The translations under genes were made by a program, and so were the position numbers. 64,000 bases of DNA from contig JAZDCZ010000254.1 of the NCBI GenBank assembly GCA_036679605.1, positions 157,807-221,806 on the forward strand, read 5' to 3'. The notes below the pieces were generated by a model. That model was not told the DNA's origin. It saw only the letters and a program-made list of their open reading frames with translations, and ran no database searches. Positions 37,731-47,896 of the stretch are shown in pieces. How positions within the stretch are numbered: position 1 is the first letter of the stretch; each line of letters opens with the position of its first letter. This DNA comes from Gemmatimonadota bacterium (GTDB lineage: Bacteria; Gemmatimonadota; Gemmatimonadetes; Gemmatimonadales; GWC2-71-9).

Positions 37731-38645
37731 CTAGGGCTCCATGGGTTCCCTGCCCTCCTCTTCGATCCATAGGTGCTCGACGATCATGGCTCTGTTATTT
37801 TGTATTCCCCTGACCCTACGATGTGCCGCGCGAAACCTCACGCCGTTATGTAGGTAGGTGACCGGTATCTCCGCTCCGATGATGTCCCAAAGTCCCCGCA
37901 TGTGCTTGTCCGCTTCCTGCTGGTCAATCGTGTTCCGGTAGGCATCCACGAGTCGACTGAGTTCGGCGTTTTCGTGTCCCGTACCGGACGGGGCTTCTCT
38001 CTCGCCCTCCTGGATAAGGTGAGGGATCCAATGGGATCGGACGATGGCTGCATCAAAGTCGTGCGCTTGGGTTCTCTGTCTCAATACGCTGCGATCGTAC
38101 GTACTGATCTCCGCGCGAATCCCCACACGGCGGAACTGATCCTGAAGGTAGACGGCCTCCGCTGACTCGTTCGGGGCGGTACTCAGCGTGAAACGAAACT
38201 CCTGCCCATCCTTGTCGAGGATATTGTCGTTGTCGGTGTCCACCCACCCGGCGCTCGCAAACAATTGGGCGGCACGCTCGGGATCGAACGGCAGGGGCTC
38301 AGGTACCACGCCTTGAGCAAAATGCCGGGCACGCGCTGGGACATCGAAAATGGGGAGGTCGTCGGGATAGTTCAGGACCCGGTGCAGTTCACGCCGGTCG
38401 ATGGACATTGTGAGCGCCCTACGTACGTCAACATCGCCAAACAAGGGGTTCCGATGGTTCCAGCGGATCGCAACCTGTCCAATATGCCGAACTTGGTGGT
38501 AGATCCGGAATCGATGATCAGCAGCGAGTCCCGTACTCGTTCTGGCCTGGTACGTGAATCGTCAACGTGGTGCGCTCGGTCTCATTCCCCCGGTCATCTC
38601 GAGCGCATTGGACGTTGGCCAACGCGATGAAGCAGATGCAGACCG
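37731..38645 (-). pseudogene. Peptide ABC substrate-binding protein, internally deleted paralog of 43802-45334
   Basis: CICFIALANVQCARDD...TLTIHVP stub joined out of frame near 38533 to LAADHRFRIYH...EHLWIEEEG. Confidence 0.85.
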
Positions 38646-38664
38646 TTCCGATTTGGCCCGCTCA

Positions 38665-39183
38665 TTATCGGAACATCTCCTCTACGGCACGCCGGAACGC
38701 CGGGGCATGAATCGCTGGGAAACGATATAAATCTGGTTCGAGGCGATCGAAATACTCCAGCGCCCGTGCCGCATCAATCAGGCCTCGGTCCCTCATCGCC
38801 TGTACATCGGCCAAGTCTTGTTGGTGACCACGTTCGACTTTGGCCATCGCCTGGGCATACAGATCGAAGTGGAAGAATGAAAGCCTATCGAGCTGGTCGA
38901 TAAACACGCTCCGCTCCTCCCACCCTGAAGGAACCGGGATAAAGTCGGCCGGAGAAGCCAACTCGATATTCAGACGCAAGTCTTCCTTGATACTCGGAAT
39001 CGCTCGCAGAATAGCGTCGTTGTCGGGAACGAACTTGACATCGACATCGATCGTGCTGGCACGCCATCCCATGAGCACAGCCGTCCCACCACCCGTGAGA
39101 TACGCCCGACCGACCTCGTGGGACGCCCTGCCGAGAGCCTCCATCAACTGCCGAATTCGGCCAGCGTCTACGAAGTCGCGCAT
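38665..39183 (-). CDS. Nucleotidyltransferase-fold protein (DUF6036-like)
   Basis: YLTGGGTAV, STIDVD, KVERGHQQDLAD. Confidence 0.75.
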   Translation of the reverse strand: MRDFVDAGRIRQLMEALGRASHEVGRAYLTGGGTAVLMGWRASTIDVDVKFVPDNDAILRAIPSIKEDLRLNIELASPADFIPVPSGWEERSVFIDQLDRLSFFHFDLYAQAMAKVERGHQQDLADVQAMRDRGLIDAARALEYFDRLEPDLYRFPAIHAPAFRRAVEEMFR

Positions 39184-39443
39184 TCCACCGCCCGCTCGTA
39201 GCTAACGAGCCGACGCACCAACGCGTTGTAGCGGGAGTAGGCGGTCGCGGGGTCGGCCCTGTGCAAGAGTTCGTACAGGCTCCGCTCCGGTGTCGCGATA
39301 GCATTCGGAATCGAGTAGCCTAGTTTGCGGAGTCGGGGGGCCCCGATAGAAACCAACAAGGCGGGCGCCGACACTACGTCGCGTGAAAGATCCTCGAGTC
39401 CGGCCCGGACGAGATCCTCACCAGGATAGTCGTGTTGCTCCAT
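39168..39443 (-). CDS. Small partner protein of the nucleotidyltransferase (putative TA pair)
   Basis: PGEDLV...LLVSIGAPRL...AYSRYNALVRRLVSYERA; overlaps downstream gene. Confidence 0.65.
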   Translation of the reverse strand: MEQHDYPGEDLVRAGLEDLSRDVVSAPALLVSIGAPRLRKLGYSIPNAIATPERSLYELLHRADPATAYSRYNALVRRLVSYERAVECATS

Positions 39444-39544
39444 TCGACTCAATATATAAGGGTCATCCGGCATTTGCCGTGTGCGGTGAACGGTGCTCCG
39501 TCGTGCCACCGCGCGTTGCGGCGGAGCTAGATGGTCCAGCGAAG

Positions 39545-39672
39545 CCTGTACGGAGATCTATGACGTCAGCGCGATCGTTTGCAGTACATGCAAGAGCGGC
39601 AAAACATGCGAGGAGAGCACTTGCGGTCCGTCTCTCGCATCCCAAACCACAAGGCTCTCGACGTGACGACGG
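39545..39672 (-). pseudogene. Lipoprotein signal-peptide stub, probably another binding protein
   Basis: RRTASALLACFAALAC-TANDRADVIDLRT directly after a binding-protein C-terminus. Confidence 0.45.
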
Positions 39673-39674
39673 TT

Positions 39675-40293
39675 TCAGTCCTGTCGCTCGATCCATAATC
39701 TTTCCGCGAACTGCATGGGATTGGCACGATACGGGCTCTCGAGACCTCGCAACCACTGTGGCACCACATAGGATTGTGCTTCAGCGAACAAGAACGTGAC
39801 CGGTATATCATGCTGGATCAACGACGTGAGACGTCGATAGATACTATCAAGCGGCGCCGGATCCATGGTCTCCTTGACTGACTGTAGGAGCTGCACGACC
39901 TCCATGTTTCGATAACCCAACAGACCTTGTGGGCCAAACCAACTCAGGTATCCGTCAACAGCATTCCACAGCGGGTGGAACGCCGCATCGAAATCGCCGG
40001 ACCGCACTCTGCTCCGCACCACGCTTCCGTCGAGCATTTGGATCTGCATGTCGACACCAATCCGTCGCAGCTCAGCCTGAATGATCACCGCTAGCTGTTC
40101 CGACACGGTCCTTGCCATGACCAACGCTTCAAAACGTAGCGCGTCCTTACCTCGCCAGCCGGCGGTCCGGCACATGAATCGTCAACGTGGGCCTTTCGGT
40201 CTCGCTTTCACCGCCACCTCGTGAGCATTGGGTGTTGGCCAACGCGACGAAGAGGATGCAGGCCGTGATGATCCCTCGGTTGAGGCGGCGCAT
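39675..40293 (-). pseudogene. Peptide ABC substrate-binding protein relic (N stub plus out-of-frame C-terminus)
   Basis: MRRLNRGIITACILFVALANTQC...TLTIHVPD, stop; then AGWRGKD...QAELRRIGVDM...ERLWIE. Confidence 0.8.
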
Positions 40294-40325
40294 GTTAGGG
40301 CTCCCTTGGTTCCGATTTGGCCCGC

Positions 40326-41265
40326 TCAGTTCCCATCCTCCTTCAAGACTCGGGTCAGGAACCGCTCCATTCGCTGCAGCACATCTTGAACGATGGACCC
40401 ATTGTTCAGCATCTCATGTTTCCCACCCTCGACAATGATGAATTCAACCGGCACACGCGCACGGGTGAGGGCAGTCTGCATCGGCTCGATCTGCTCGATT
40501 GGGAGCGTACCGTCTTCCGCACCGTGGGTAATCAGAAATGGGGGATCATCATCGCTCACGTACCTAACCGGTAGGGCTGACTTTCCACAGCTCCGGTATC
40601 TCGGCGTAGGCGCCCCCAAAAAGAGGAACCAGGTCAACCACGAACTGGTACTCATCCGACCATACCTCGTGTTCGGCAAAGTACACGGGATCCAGCAGAG
40701 GATTGATGGCTACAACCCCGCGCACAGCAGCGTGATTGCGTGCCGGCCGCGTCCGGCGCGACCCCTAGCATGGCTGCGAGGTGACCACCTGATGATTGCC
40801 CGACGAGGGCGATCCGCTCCGGATCGACTCCGTAACCCGTGCCGCTGCTCCACATCCACTCGAGCCCGGCTCGGCCGTCGGCCAGAATCGACGGCCACGT
40901 CGCACCGTCGGGACCGATGCCTCGATGCTGGCACCGATGAAACCTCGAGTGGCGAAGTAGGCAGCTTCCCTCCAGAAGGAGGCCTTGTTGTTTCCGTTGT
41001 ACCCGCTGCCCTGGATGAACAGAATCGCTGGAAGGGGGCCCGTCCCTGGCCCTGGTGCGAAGAGATCCAGGTGAAGATCCCTACCATCAGGGCTTGCGAA
41101 AACGATATCGGCCTCCACCCGTACGCCTTCCGGCAGGATGTAAGGAGGATCCATTCTGGCCAGAAAGTACTCCTGAGCGGGCGTGGGGTTCTGAGCCAGC
41201 ACGCTCCGGCTCAGGGCCAACATCGACAATGTCAGAACCGCTAGACCACACGCGATTCGCTTCAT
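40326..41265 (-). pseudogene. Alpha/beta hydrolase (esterase), frameshifted
   Basis: DLHLDLFAP, GQSSGGHLA and HGAEDG...GGKH lie in different frames. Confidence 0.8.
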
Positions 41266-41424
41266 CCAATGCCTCGTCTTTCATTGGTTAGACAGGTACC
41301 TTCCACAGATCGCTGCTGCTTGGGAGGGTGACTCGGCTGTTTGTGCCCGGTGGACCCTGCATTGTCAAGCTACGCTTTTTGCTGCAGTTCACCAGTTCGA
41401 AGGTGGGGAAGTTGCTCTCGATAT

Positions 41425-42221
41425 GGTATTGTCAACTTGATGTAGTCGGAGTGCAGCCGAGGCAGAGAATCGGTCGGAATTGCTCAGGCAACGATGGCCG
41501 CACTCCAGTCTTTGAAAGAGCGAGCACGCAACAGTCGGTAATTCTCTGAGCGCAGTTGGTGGCGCCCGAGTCTGAAGAAGTTCTGGATGACCCCGTGGAC
41601 TGACAGAAATCGCTGTGCTTGGCCAGCTGACTTGAACCTTCGCATCTGACGCTCTCGTTGTCGCGTCGGCTGATGCGACACCTCAGCTCGGTTGTTCTCG
41701 TAGCGTGCCGTGTTGTGATCCACAGAAGGCATAATGCTCCGGTGGGCGGCGCCGTAGCTTTTCAACTTGTCCGTCACCAGCCTCCACGGTGTGCTCCCCT
41801 CCCCCTTCAGTAGCTTGCGAAAGAACCGTTTGGCCGCATGGGCGTTGCGATATCGCTGAACCAGGATCTCGATCACGTCCCCGTCTGGGTCCACGGCTCG
41901 CCACAAGTAGTGGCGCTCACCTCTGATCTTCACGAACACCTCGTCCAGGTGCCACACGTCGCCGAGTCGCCCCTGGCGACGCTTGAGATTGCGTGCGTAC
42001 TCAGGTCCGAACTTCCGACACCACTGCCTGATGCTCTCGTAGGAGACGATAATTCCACGTTTTGCCAAGAGCTCCTCGACATCGCGGAAGCTCAAGCAGA
42101 ATCGGTGGTACAGCCACACGCCGTGACCGATGATCTCAGGAGGGAATCGGTAGCCCCGATAACATTTCGAATTCGTTTTCATTCGCAGAGTCTGGCGGGG
42201 CTGGCCCAAGTTGACAATACC
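41425..42221 (-). mobile_element. IS6 family insertion sequence, 797 bp
   Basis: Perfect 15-bp IRs GGTATTGTCAACTTG / CAAGTTGACAATACC; no target duplication visible. Confidence 0.92.
41484..42182 (-). CDS. IS6 family DDE transposase
   Basis: YRFPPEII, WHLDEVFV, YLWRAVD, VTDKLKSY, NNRAEVSH. Confidence 0.95.
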   Translation of the reverse strand: MKTNSKCYRGYRFPPEIIGHGVWLYHRFCLSFRDVEELLAKRGIIVSYESIRQWCRKFGPEYARNLKRRQGRLGDVWHLDEVFVKIRGERHYLWRAVDPDGDVIEILVQRYRNAHAAKRFFRKLLKGEGSTPWRLVTDKLKSYGAAHRSIMPSVDHNTARYENNRAEVSHQPTRQRERQMRRFKSAGQAQRFLSVHGVIQNFFRLGRHQLRSENYRLLRARSFKDWSAAIVA

Positions 42222-42351
42222 GATCGAAGCCTGGTACAACCCCCGCCGGCGGCACTCCAGCCTCGGCCGGGTCTCGCCCCTCACGTTCGAGCGGCGTCAT
42301 GCTACGGCGTGAGCCCAGTCCTCACCCGTCCACGGAATGGGGGCAACTCCA
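42222..42351 (+). mobile_element. IS3 family right-end remnant
   Basis: IEAWYNPRRRHSSLGRVSPLTFE OrfB tail, then IR-like CGTCCACGGAATGGGGGCAACTCCA. Confidence 0.8.
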
Positions 42352-43066
42352 CAGGCACAGAGCGCAACGCAAAATAACTATGCGAAGTATCAGTAGACAA
42401 AGTAACATCCGCAATAATCTCCAAACGTTTCATCGCCGGCCCATCATAGCGGAAAATGCTGTAATCGCGGTAACCCTGCCTCGTATTAGAAGTGATCGTG
42501 ATTTGGCTAGCAGTCGAAGACACTAAAGGCACCGTTGTATTAGGCTGCGCGGTTGATCCATCTGCACCAGTGCCATCACTCGTCAAATCCCCGCTCAGAA
42601 TCCGAGTCCAGTTCGCTGAATTGAGCACACTCCCATTGGCGTCAAAGCCTCTGAACTTCATCACATCCTTATCATCGATATCACTCAAGATCAGATCGAA
42701 TTTTGTCAGAGGAGAACTAAAAGTAAGATCCGCCGTCATCACCCCCCCATTTCCCAGCATCCGCCAACTTGGAAGATCCTGCCCTGCAACAACCCCACTG
42801 TAGGAAATAAACGCTGGATCCGTGATATTCGAATAACCAGAACCCAGAAAAGTCTTATAAATCTGCATCTTCTGCGCACGCGGCCCTGAAGTCGCCGTTG
42901 CCTTCACAATCACACTCGCAGCAGCATTTGTCGCATCCCAAGCCACATTATTCCAAGTATAACTAGCGCCCGCCGCCAGATTCCTAGTATCGACATTAGG
43001 TAAAAAAGTCTGCGCAGCAGCAAAACTGGACAGCCCGACAAACGTCACAAGAGGTAATAAATTCAT
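42302..43066 (-). pseudogene. PEP-CTERM-like exported protein truncated at its sorting motif
   Basis: Signal peptide, Ser/Thr-rich beta domain, ends ...ALRSVP where the IS3 end begins; lower GC. Confidence 0.6.
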
Positions 43067-43324
43067 GATTAAGATCCTTGGTTATAGTGAGAAGCCGCAG
43101 CTACATAGCGGAGGCAGAAAACATCCTTCTTATAAAGAACCATCTTTGTCAAACAATTCCCGTGACATTATACGACTATCCGCCGCCAACAACACACAGC
43201 CACTAGCTACGCCAGCAAAGTGATCTCCCAGTCCCGCCCCGCCTCACTTATCCAAAAGATCCGGCTCCGTCTCCCCCAGCTCCACCCTCTCGATCTGCTC
43301 ATCAATCGTCCGATCCACCCCCGT

Positions 43325-43633
43325 ATCGATGTAGGAATGTCCACGCTCCCACCCTCTCCAGGTGCCGTATTCCTCTTCTTGGGCATCGATACCCAAAGAC
43401 GAGTACAGCCCCACAAGCCAGTCCTGAGCGCGCTTGAGGTTGGGCGTCCCCATGAGACGCGGGCCGAGGGAATCGAAGAGCGCGTGCGCCTCCGCCTGGA
43501 GCTGGGAGTTGTGCATCCCCTCCTCGTAGATGTCCCGGATGGTGCGGTCCTGCGTCGGGAAAGTCTGGGCGGCCAGCGGAACTCCGGCTGCGAGGAAGAT
43601 CGCGAGCGAGCAAAGGAGAGGGCATGTACGCAT
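43325..43633 (-). pseudogene. M28-type peptidase N-terminal stub
   Basis: Signal peptide, LFDSLGPRLMGTP, GTWRGWERG, then unrelated sequence. Confidence 0.65.
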
Positions 43634-43801
43634 AGTTCGGAGCCTGCGGCTTGGGGAGGTATGGTCGACGTGGGTCATCATCCCAAACCTAGCGGACTAG
43701 GTCGCGGCGCGCACGAGCGGCTGGGGGTTACTGGAGCGGAATGGACGTTGGCCAACGCGATTAGGCAGGCTGTGACCACACCTCGCTTGAAGCGGCGTAC
43801 G

Positions 43802-45334
43802 CTAGGGCTCCCTGGGTCTACTGCCCTCCTCTTCGATCCACAGGTGCTCCACGATCGAAAAGAGGTCTGTGTTATTCTGCAATCCTTTGACCCTTCGATG
43901 AGCTGCGAGATACTCCAACCGGGGATGTAGGTAGGTTACGGGTATCTCCGCCCCGAAGATCTGCCAGAGTTGCCGCATGTGCTTGTCCACTTCATTCTGA
44001 TCAATCGTGAACCAGGCGGCATCCCTGAGTCGACTAACTTCGGGGTTTTCGTATCCCGAAACACGAAACTCCCCGAACTGCTCGATGTAATTGTATGTCT
44101 GGATTGCCGCATCGAAGTCGTGCTCTCGTGTCTTAAATATTAATGTTTCGCGCTCGTACGTACTGATCTCCATGCGAATCCCCGCACGGCGGAACTGATC
44201 CTGAATGTAGACGGCCTCCGCCAACTCCCTCTCGGTGATACCCAGTGTGAAACGAAACTCCTGTCCGTTTTTCTCGAGGATATTGTCGTTGTCGGTATCA
44301 ACCCACCCGGCTCTCCCAAACAGTCGGGCGGCACGCTCGGGAGCGAATGGCAGGGGATCAGGTACCATGCCTTGAAGGAAATGGCGCTTCTTCGCTGGGA
44401 CGTCGAAGATGGGGATATCGTCGGGATAGTTCAGGATCCGGTTCAGTTCGCGCCGATCAATGGACATTGTGAGCGCCCTGCGTACGTCAGCATCGCGAAA
44501 CATGGGGTTGCGATGGTTCCAGACGATCGCAACGTCCTGACTATACCGAATTCTGTGGTAGATTCGGAATCGGTGGTCCGCAGCGAGTTGCACGGCTTGC
44601 ACCGGCGTGATGCTGCTTACGATATCCACGTTCCCGCTCAGCAGCTCGATGAGGGGGTTACCTCCGTATCGCAGCACGATCCTCGGGATCTTCGGTTTCT
44701 CCCCGTAGTAGTCAGGGTTTGCTTCGAGTTCGGTCATGGTCTTCGGAACGTGTCTCACGTACCGATAGGGACCGTTTCCGACGGGCTGGATCCAGAATGG
44801 CCAACTGAATATCTGGTGAACATCGAGGGTGTCCAACAAATGCTTCGGGAGCATGGGCTCGAAGTTGTACACGAAGATCTTGGCGGCAGGCGGCTGCTTG
44901 AACCTGATGCGCAACGTGTGGCTATCCAGGATCGTGATCTTCTCAAACCACGGTAACTCGTAGAGGACTTCGGGGTCGGTCCACAGCTCGAGGCTGAATT
45001 TCACATCCTCCGCCGTCACCGGCACTCCGTCGCCCCACCGAACGTCATCCCGCACATGGACCGTCCACTCGGTGTAATCGGGCGTGTGTTCCCACCGGTC
45101 CAGGAGTCGTGGCTGGGGGTTATCGGAGTATTCCGAGCCGGCAGCCAACCCCAGAAATACGAGGAACGAGGGCCGAAGGCCGAGCGGACCGAGCGCGCGC
45201 TCGTCCTGGTCCGGCACATGAATCGTCAACGTGGGGATGTCGGTGGATCTGTCCTGTTGTGCTCGATCAGTGCGTCCGCATCCGATGGCGGCCAGCGCGC
45301 ACACGATTGCCGAGAGGACCCTCGTGGTGTTCAC
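43802..45334 (-). CDS. Peptide/nickel ABC substrate-binding lipoprotein (family 5)
   Basis: LAAIGC lipobox, WGDGVPVTAEDVKFS, PVGNGPY, VRRAL. Confidence 0.9.
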   Translation of the reverse strand: MNTTRVLSAIVCALAAIGCGRTDRAQQDRSTDIPTLTIHVPDQDERALGPLGLRPSFLVFLGLAAGSEYSDNPQPRLLDRWEHTPDYTEWTVHVRDDVRWGDGVPVTAEDVKFSLELWTDPEVLYELPWFEKITILDSHTLRIRFKQPPAAKIFVYNFEPMLPKHLLDTLDVHQIFSWPFWIQPVGNGPYRYVRHVPKTMTELEANPDYYGEKPKIPRIVLRYGGNPLIELLSGNVDIVSSITPVQAVQLAADHRFRIYHRIRYSQDVAIVWNHRNPMFRDADVRRALTMSIDRRELNRILNYPDDIPIFDVPAKKRHFLQGMVPDPLPFAPERAARLFGRAGWVDTDNDNILEKNGQEFRFTLGITERELAEAVYIQDQFRRAGIRMEISTYERETLIFKTREHDFDAAIQTYNYIEQFGEFRVSGYENPEVSRLRDAAWFTIDQNEVDKHMRQLWQIFGAEIPVTYLHPRLEYLAAHRRVKGLQNNTDLFSIVEHLWIEEEGSRPREP

Positions 45335-45351
45335 TCTATATTACCCCCCTC

Positions 45352-46947
45352 CTAATTCGAAGGATCTTCTACTACATCATCGCTAACCCAGAGATGTTCC
45401 AGCCCGCCAAACGCGTGTCGCCACGTCATCCGTCGCATAATCGTGCCGGGCTCTCCGAAGCCCATGAGTCGTGCGTCAGCCACGAGTACGTCCACGGACG
45501 CATGAAGGAAAAGGGCCGGCGCGAGATCTCGGTATTGCTCGCCCGCGATTCTCCATAACTGCAGCCTGCGATCGAGGTCCGGCTCAGCATCGATCGCAGC
45601 CACCGCCTGGGCCAATTCGCGGTCCAGCACACCAAGCGGAGAGTCCATGCCGACGACCGGGAGTTGCGGTTCCCAGACGTTGGTTGCGATAATGGACTCG
45701 AAGTCGCCAGCATCAAAACGCTCCTTGAGAACATTCCCGTCCAGCACCTGGAGCTTCATGTCGATGCCAATCCGGCGCAGCTGATCCTGCACGAAGACCG
45801 CGGCCGTGACGGCCCGGCGGTCCAGTTGCAGGGTGAAGGCGAACGGCTCTCCATTCCGATCGAGCATGCCATCACCGTCGCTATCGCGCCACCCAGCCTC
45901 GGCGAGGAGCTTCCGAGCACGTTCCGGATCATAGGCATAAGGTGCGGGAGCCTGAATGTTCTGCGGGTCACACACCCAGAAGACACCATCTGTGACGGGA
46001 ACACCGTCGGGGAATCCCAGGACCCGCTGCAGTTCTGCGCGATCCGTGGCGTGCGCCAAGGCCTGCCGAACACGTAGGTCAGAGAACCGAGGATCGGTGA
46101 AATTCCAAAGCAGCCAGACCGACGGCACCCCATATCTGTAATAAGCGTTGAGACCAGGCTCTTCCTCCAGCATGCCGGCTTGGATCGGGGAGAGACCCAC
46201 CATATCCACATTGCCCGCAAGCAGCTCCATCACTCCGGTTTGGTCCTGGCCACCTGCTTTGAATTGGATACTAACTCGGTCAATAGACGGGCGACCGAGG
46301 TAGTAATCGGGATTCGGCTCCAACTCGACCATGGTTTCGGGAACGTGCCGCACGTAACGGAACGGGCCGTTGCCGACCGGCCGAGTCCAGAACTCCCACT
46401 CATAGAACTTGGCGGGATCGAGATCCTTTAACAGATGCGACGGGTACGCAACGGTACCCCACCCGTTGATCGGCCAATCGCTCGGCTTGTCCAGATAAAC
46501 GCGGAAACGGAGAGAATCGAGTACTTGGATGGAGTCGACTGGTCCAGCTTCAGTGTACAACACATCAGGGTTCTTCCAGAGAGCAATGGTGAAGGCAAAG
46601 TCGGCGGATGTCACCGGCACGCCATCGTGCCACCGCACGTCCGGACGCAGCTCGATCGTCCAGGTCTTCCAGTCGGGAGAGTGATCCCACCGCGCCGCAA
46701 GTCCACCGACGATGTCACTACAGCTGTTCGCCTCGTAGGTGACGAGCGGCTCGAAGATCAAGAACTGCGGGGTATCATCCCACACCGGTCCGAAGACTTG
46801 CTCGCTGCCCCCACTGTACAACACTCGGACCGTGCGGAGACCGTCCTCCATTGGGAGAGCCCGATCGGAGCGGTCCGGTTGACACCCCGACATACAGATT
46901 AGAGCTAGGAGTAGACTCGACTTACCGCACATGACACGCCGCCTCAT
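45352..46947 (-). CDS. Peptide/nickel ABC substrate-binding lipoprotein (family 5)
   Basis: MSGC lipobox, WHDGVPVTSADFAFT, PVGNGPF. Confidence 0.9.
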   Translation of the reverse strand: MRRRVMCGKSSLLLALICMSGCQPDRSDRALPMEDGLRTVRVLYSGGSEQVFGPVWDDTPQFLIFEPLVTYEANSCSDIVGGLAARWDHSPDWKTWTIELRPDVRWHDGVPVTSADFAFTIALWKNPDVLYTEAGPVDSIQVLDSLRFRVYLDKPSDWPINGWGTVAYPSHLLKDLDPAKFYEWEFWTRPVGNGPFRYVRHVPETMVELEPNPDYYLGRPSIDRVSIQFKAGGQDQTGVMELLAGNVDMVGLSPIQAGMLEEEPGLNAYYRYGVPSVWLLWNFTDPRFSDLRVRQALAHATDRAELQRVLGFPDGVPVTDGVFWVCDPQNIQAPAPYAYDPERARKLLAEAGWRDSDGDGMLDRNGEPFAFTLQLDRRAVTAAVFVQDQLRRIGIDMKLQVLDGNVLKERFDAGDFESIIATNVWEPQLPVVGMDSPLGVLDRELAQAVAAIDAEPDLDRRLQLWRIAGEQYRDLAPALFLHASVDVLVADARLMGFGEPGTIMRRMTWRHAFGGLEHLWVSDDVVEDPSN

Positions 46948-47896
46948 GTCCACCATACTTGCGTTCGAGTTTCGGGTTCGCCACTCGGCAAATATCCTGC
47001 ACCTCTGCGCAGCGAGGGGCGAACGGACACCCTTCGGTGAAGGCTCGGCCCCAGGGTGGCTCCGGGGGAAGCTGCACCCGCTCCACGCGCTTGCCTGGAA
47101 CGCCACTGGGCACCGCCGAGATAAGCGCCTGGGTATACGGGTGGAGCGGCGTATCGATCAGTTGTGCGGCGTCAGCAATTTCCACGATCTTTCCCTTGTA
47201 CATGACGGCGATGCGATTGGCGACGCGCTCGACCACGGCGAGGTCATGCGAAATCAACAACAGCGCAATTCCCTCGGTCCGTTGTAACTCCAGCAGGATA
47301 TTCAGGATCTGCGCTTGCACCGAAACGTCGAGTGCCGAGACTGGTTCATCTGCCACAATGAAGTCTGGCTCTAGTGCTAGAGCGCGCGCGATTGCGATGC
47401 GCTGGCGCTGCCCGCCGCTCATTTCATGGGGATACCGTTGGCGAAAATACGTCTCGAGCCCCACCTTCCCGAGCAGCTCGATCACGCGGTCTCCGACCTC
47501 GGCCTCCGGTACGATACTGTGCAGCCTGATGGGCTCTGCGATGATCTGCCCGATCTGCATCCGCGGACTGAGTGACTTGTACGGATCCTGAAACACCACT
47601 TGCATCCGCTTGCGCAGCCTACGCATCTGCACACCAGAAAGGCCGAGAACATCAATGCCATCGAACCGTACGGAACCACCTGTCGGTTCGATCAACCGCA
47701 GCACGGAGCGGCCGAGCGTGGTCTTACCGCTGCCGGACTCCCCCACGAGGCCAAGCACCTCGCCGCGTTTCACGGTCAGGTTCACCCCATCCACCGCGCG
47801 AACCCACCGGCGCGCACCGACCCAGCGCCCGCCAAACGGGAAATAGGTTTGGAGGTCGGAGATGTTGAGCAGAACGTCGGCGGGCGATTCGATCAT
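46922..47896 (-). CDS. oppF: Oligopeptide ABC ATP-binding protein OppF/DppF
   Basis: [41 protein letters not shown]. Confidence 0.88.
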   Translation of the reverse strand: MIESPADVLLNISDLQTYFPFGGRWVGARRWVRAVDGVNLTVKRGEVLGLVGESGSGKTTLGRSVLRLIEPTGGSVRFDGIDVLGLSGVQMRRLRKRMQVVFQDPYKSLSPRMQIGQIIAEPIRLHSIVPEAEVGDRVIELLGKVGLETYFRQRYPHEMSGGQRQRIAIARALALEPDFIVADEPVSALDVSVQAQILNILLELQRTEGIALLLISHDLAVVERVANRIAVMYKGKIVEIADAAQLIDTPLHPYTQALISAVPSGVPGKRVERVQLPPEPPWGRAFTEGCPFAPRCAEVQDICRVANPKLERKYGGHEAACHVR

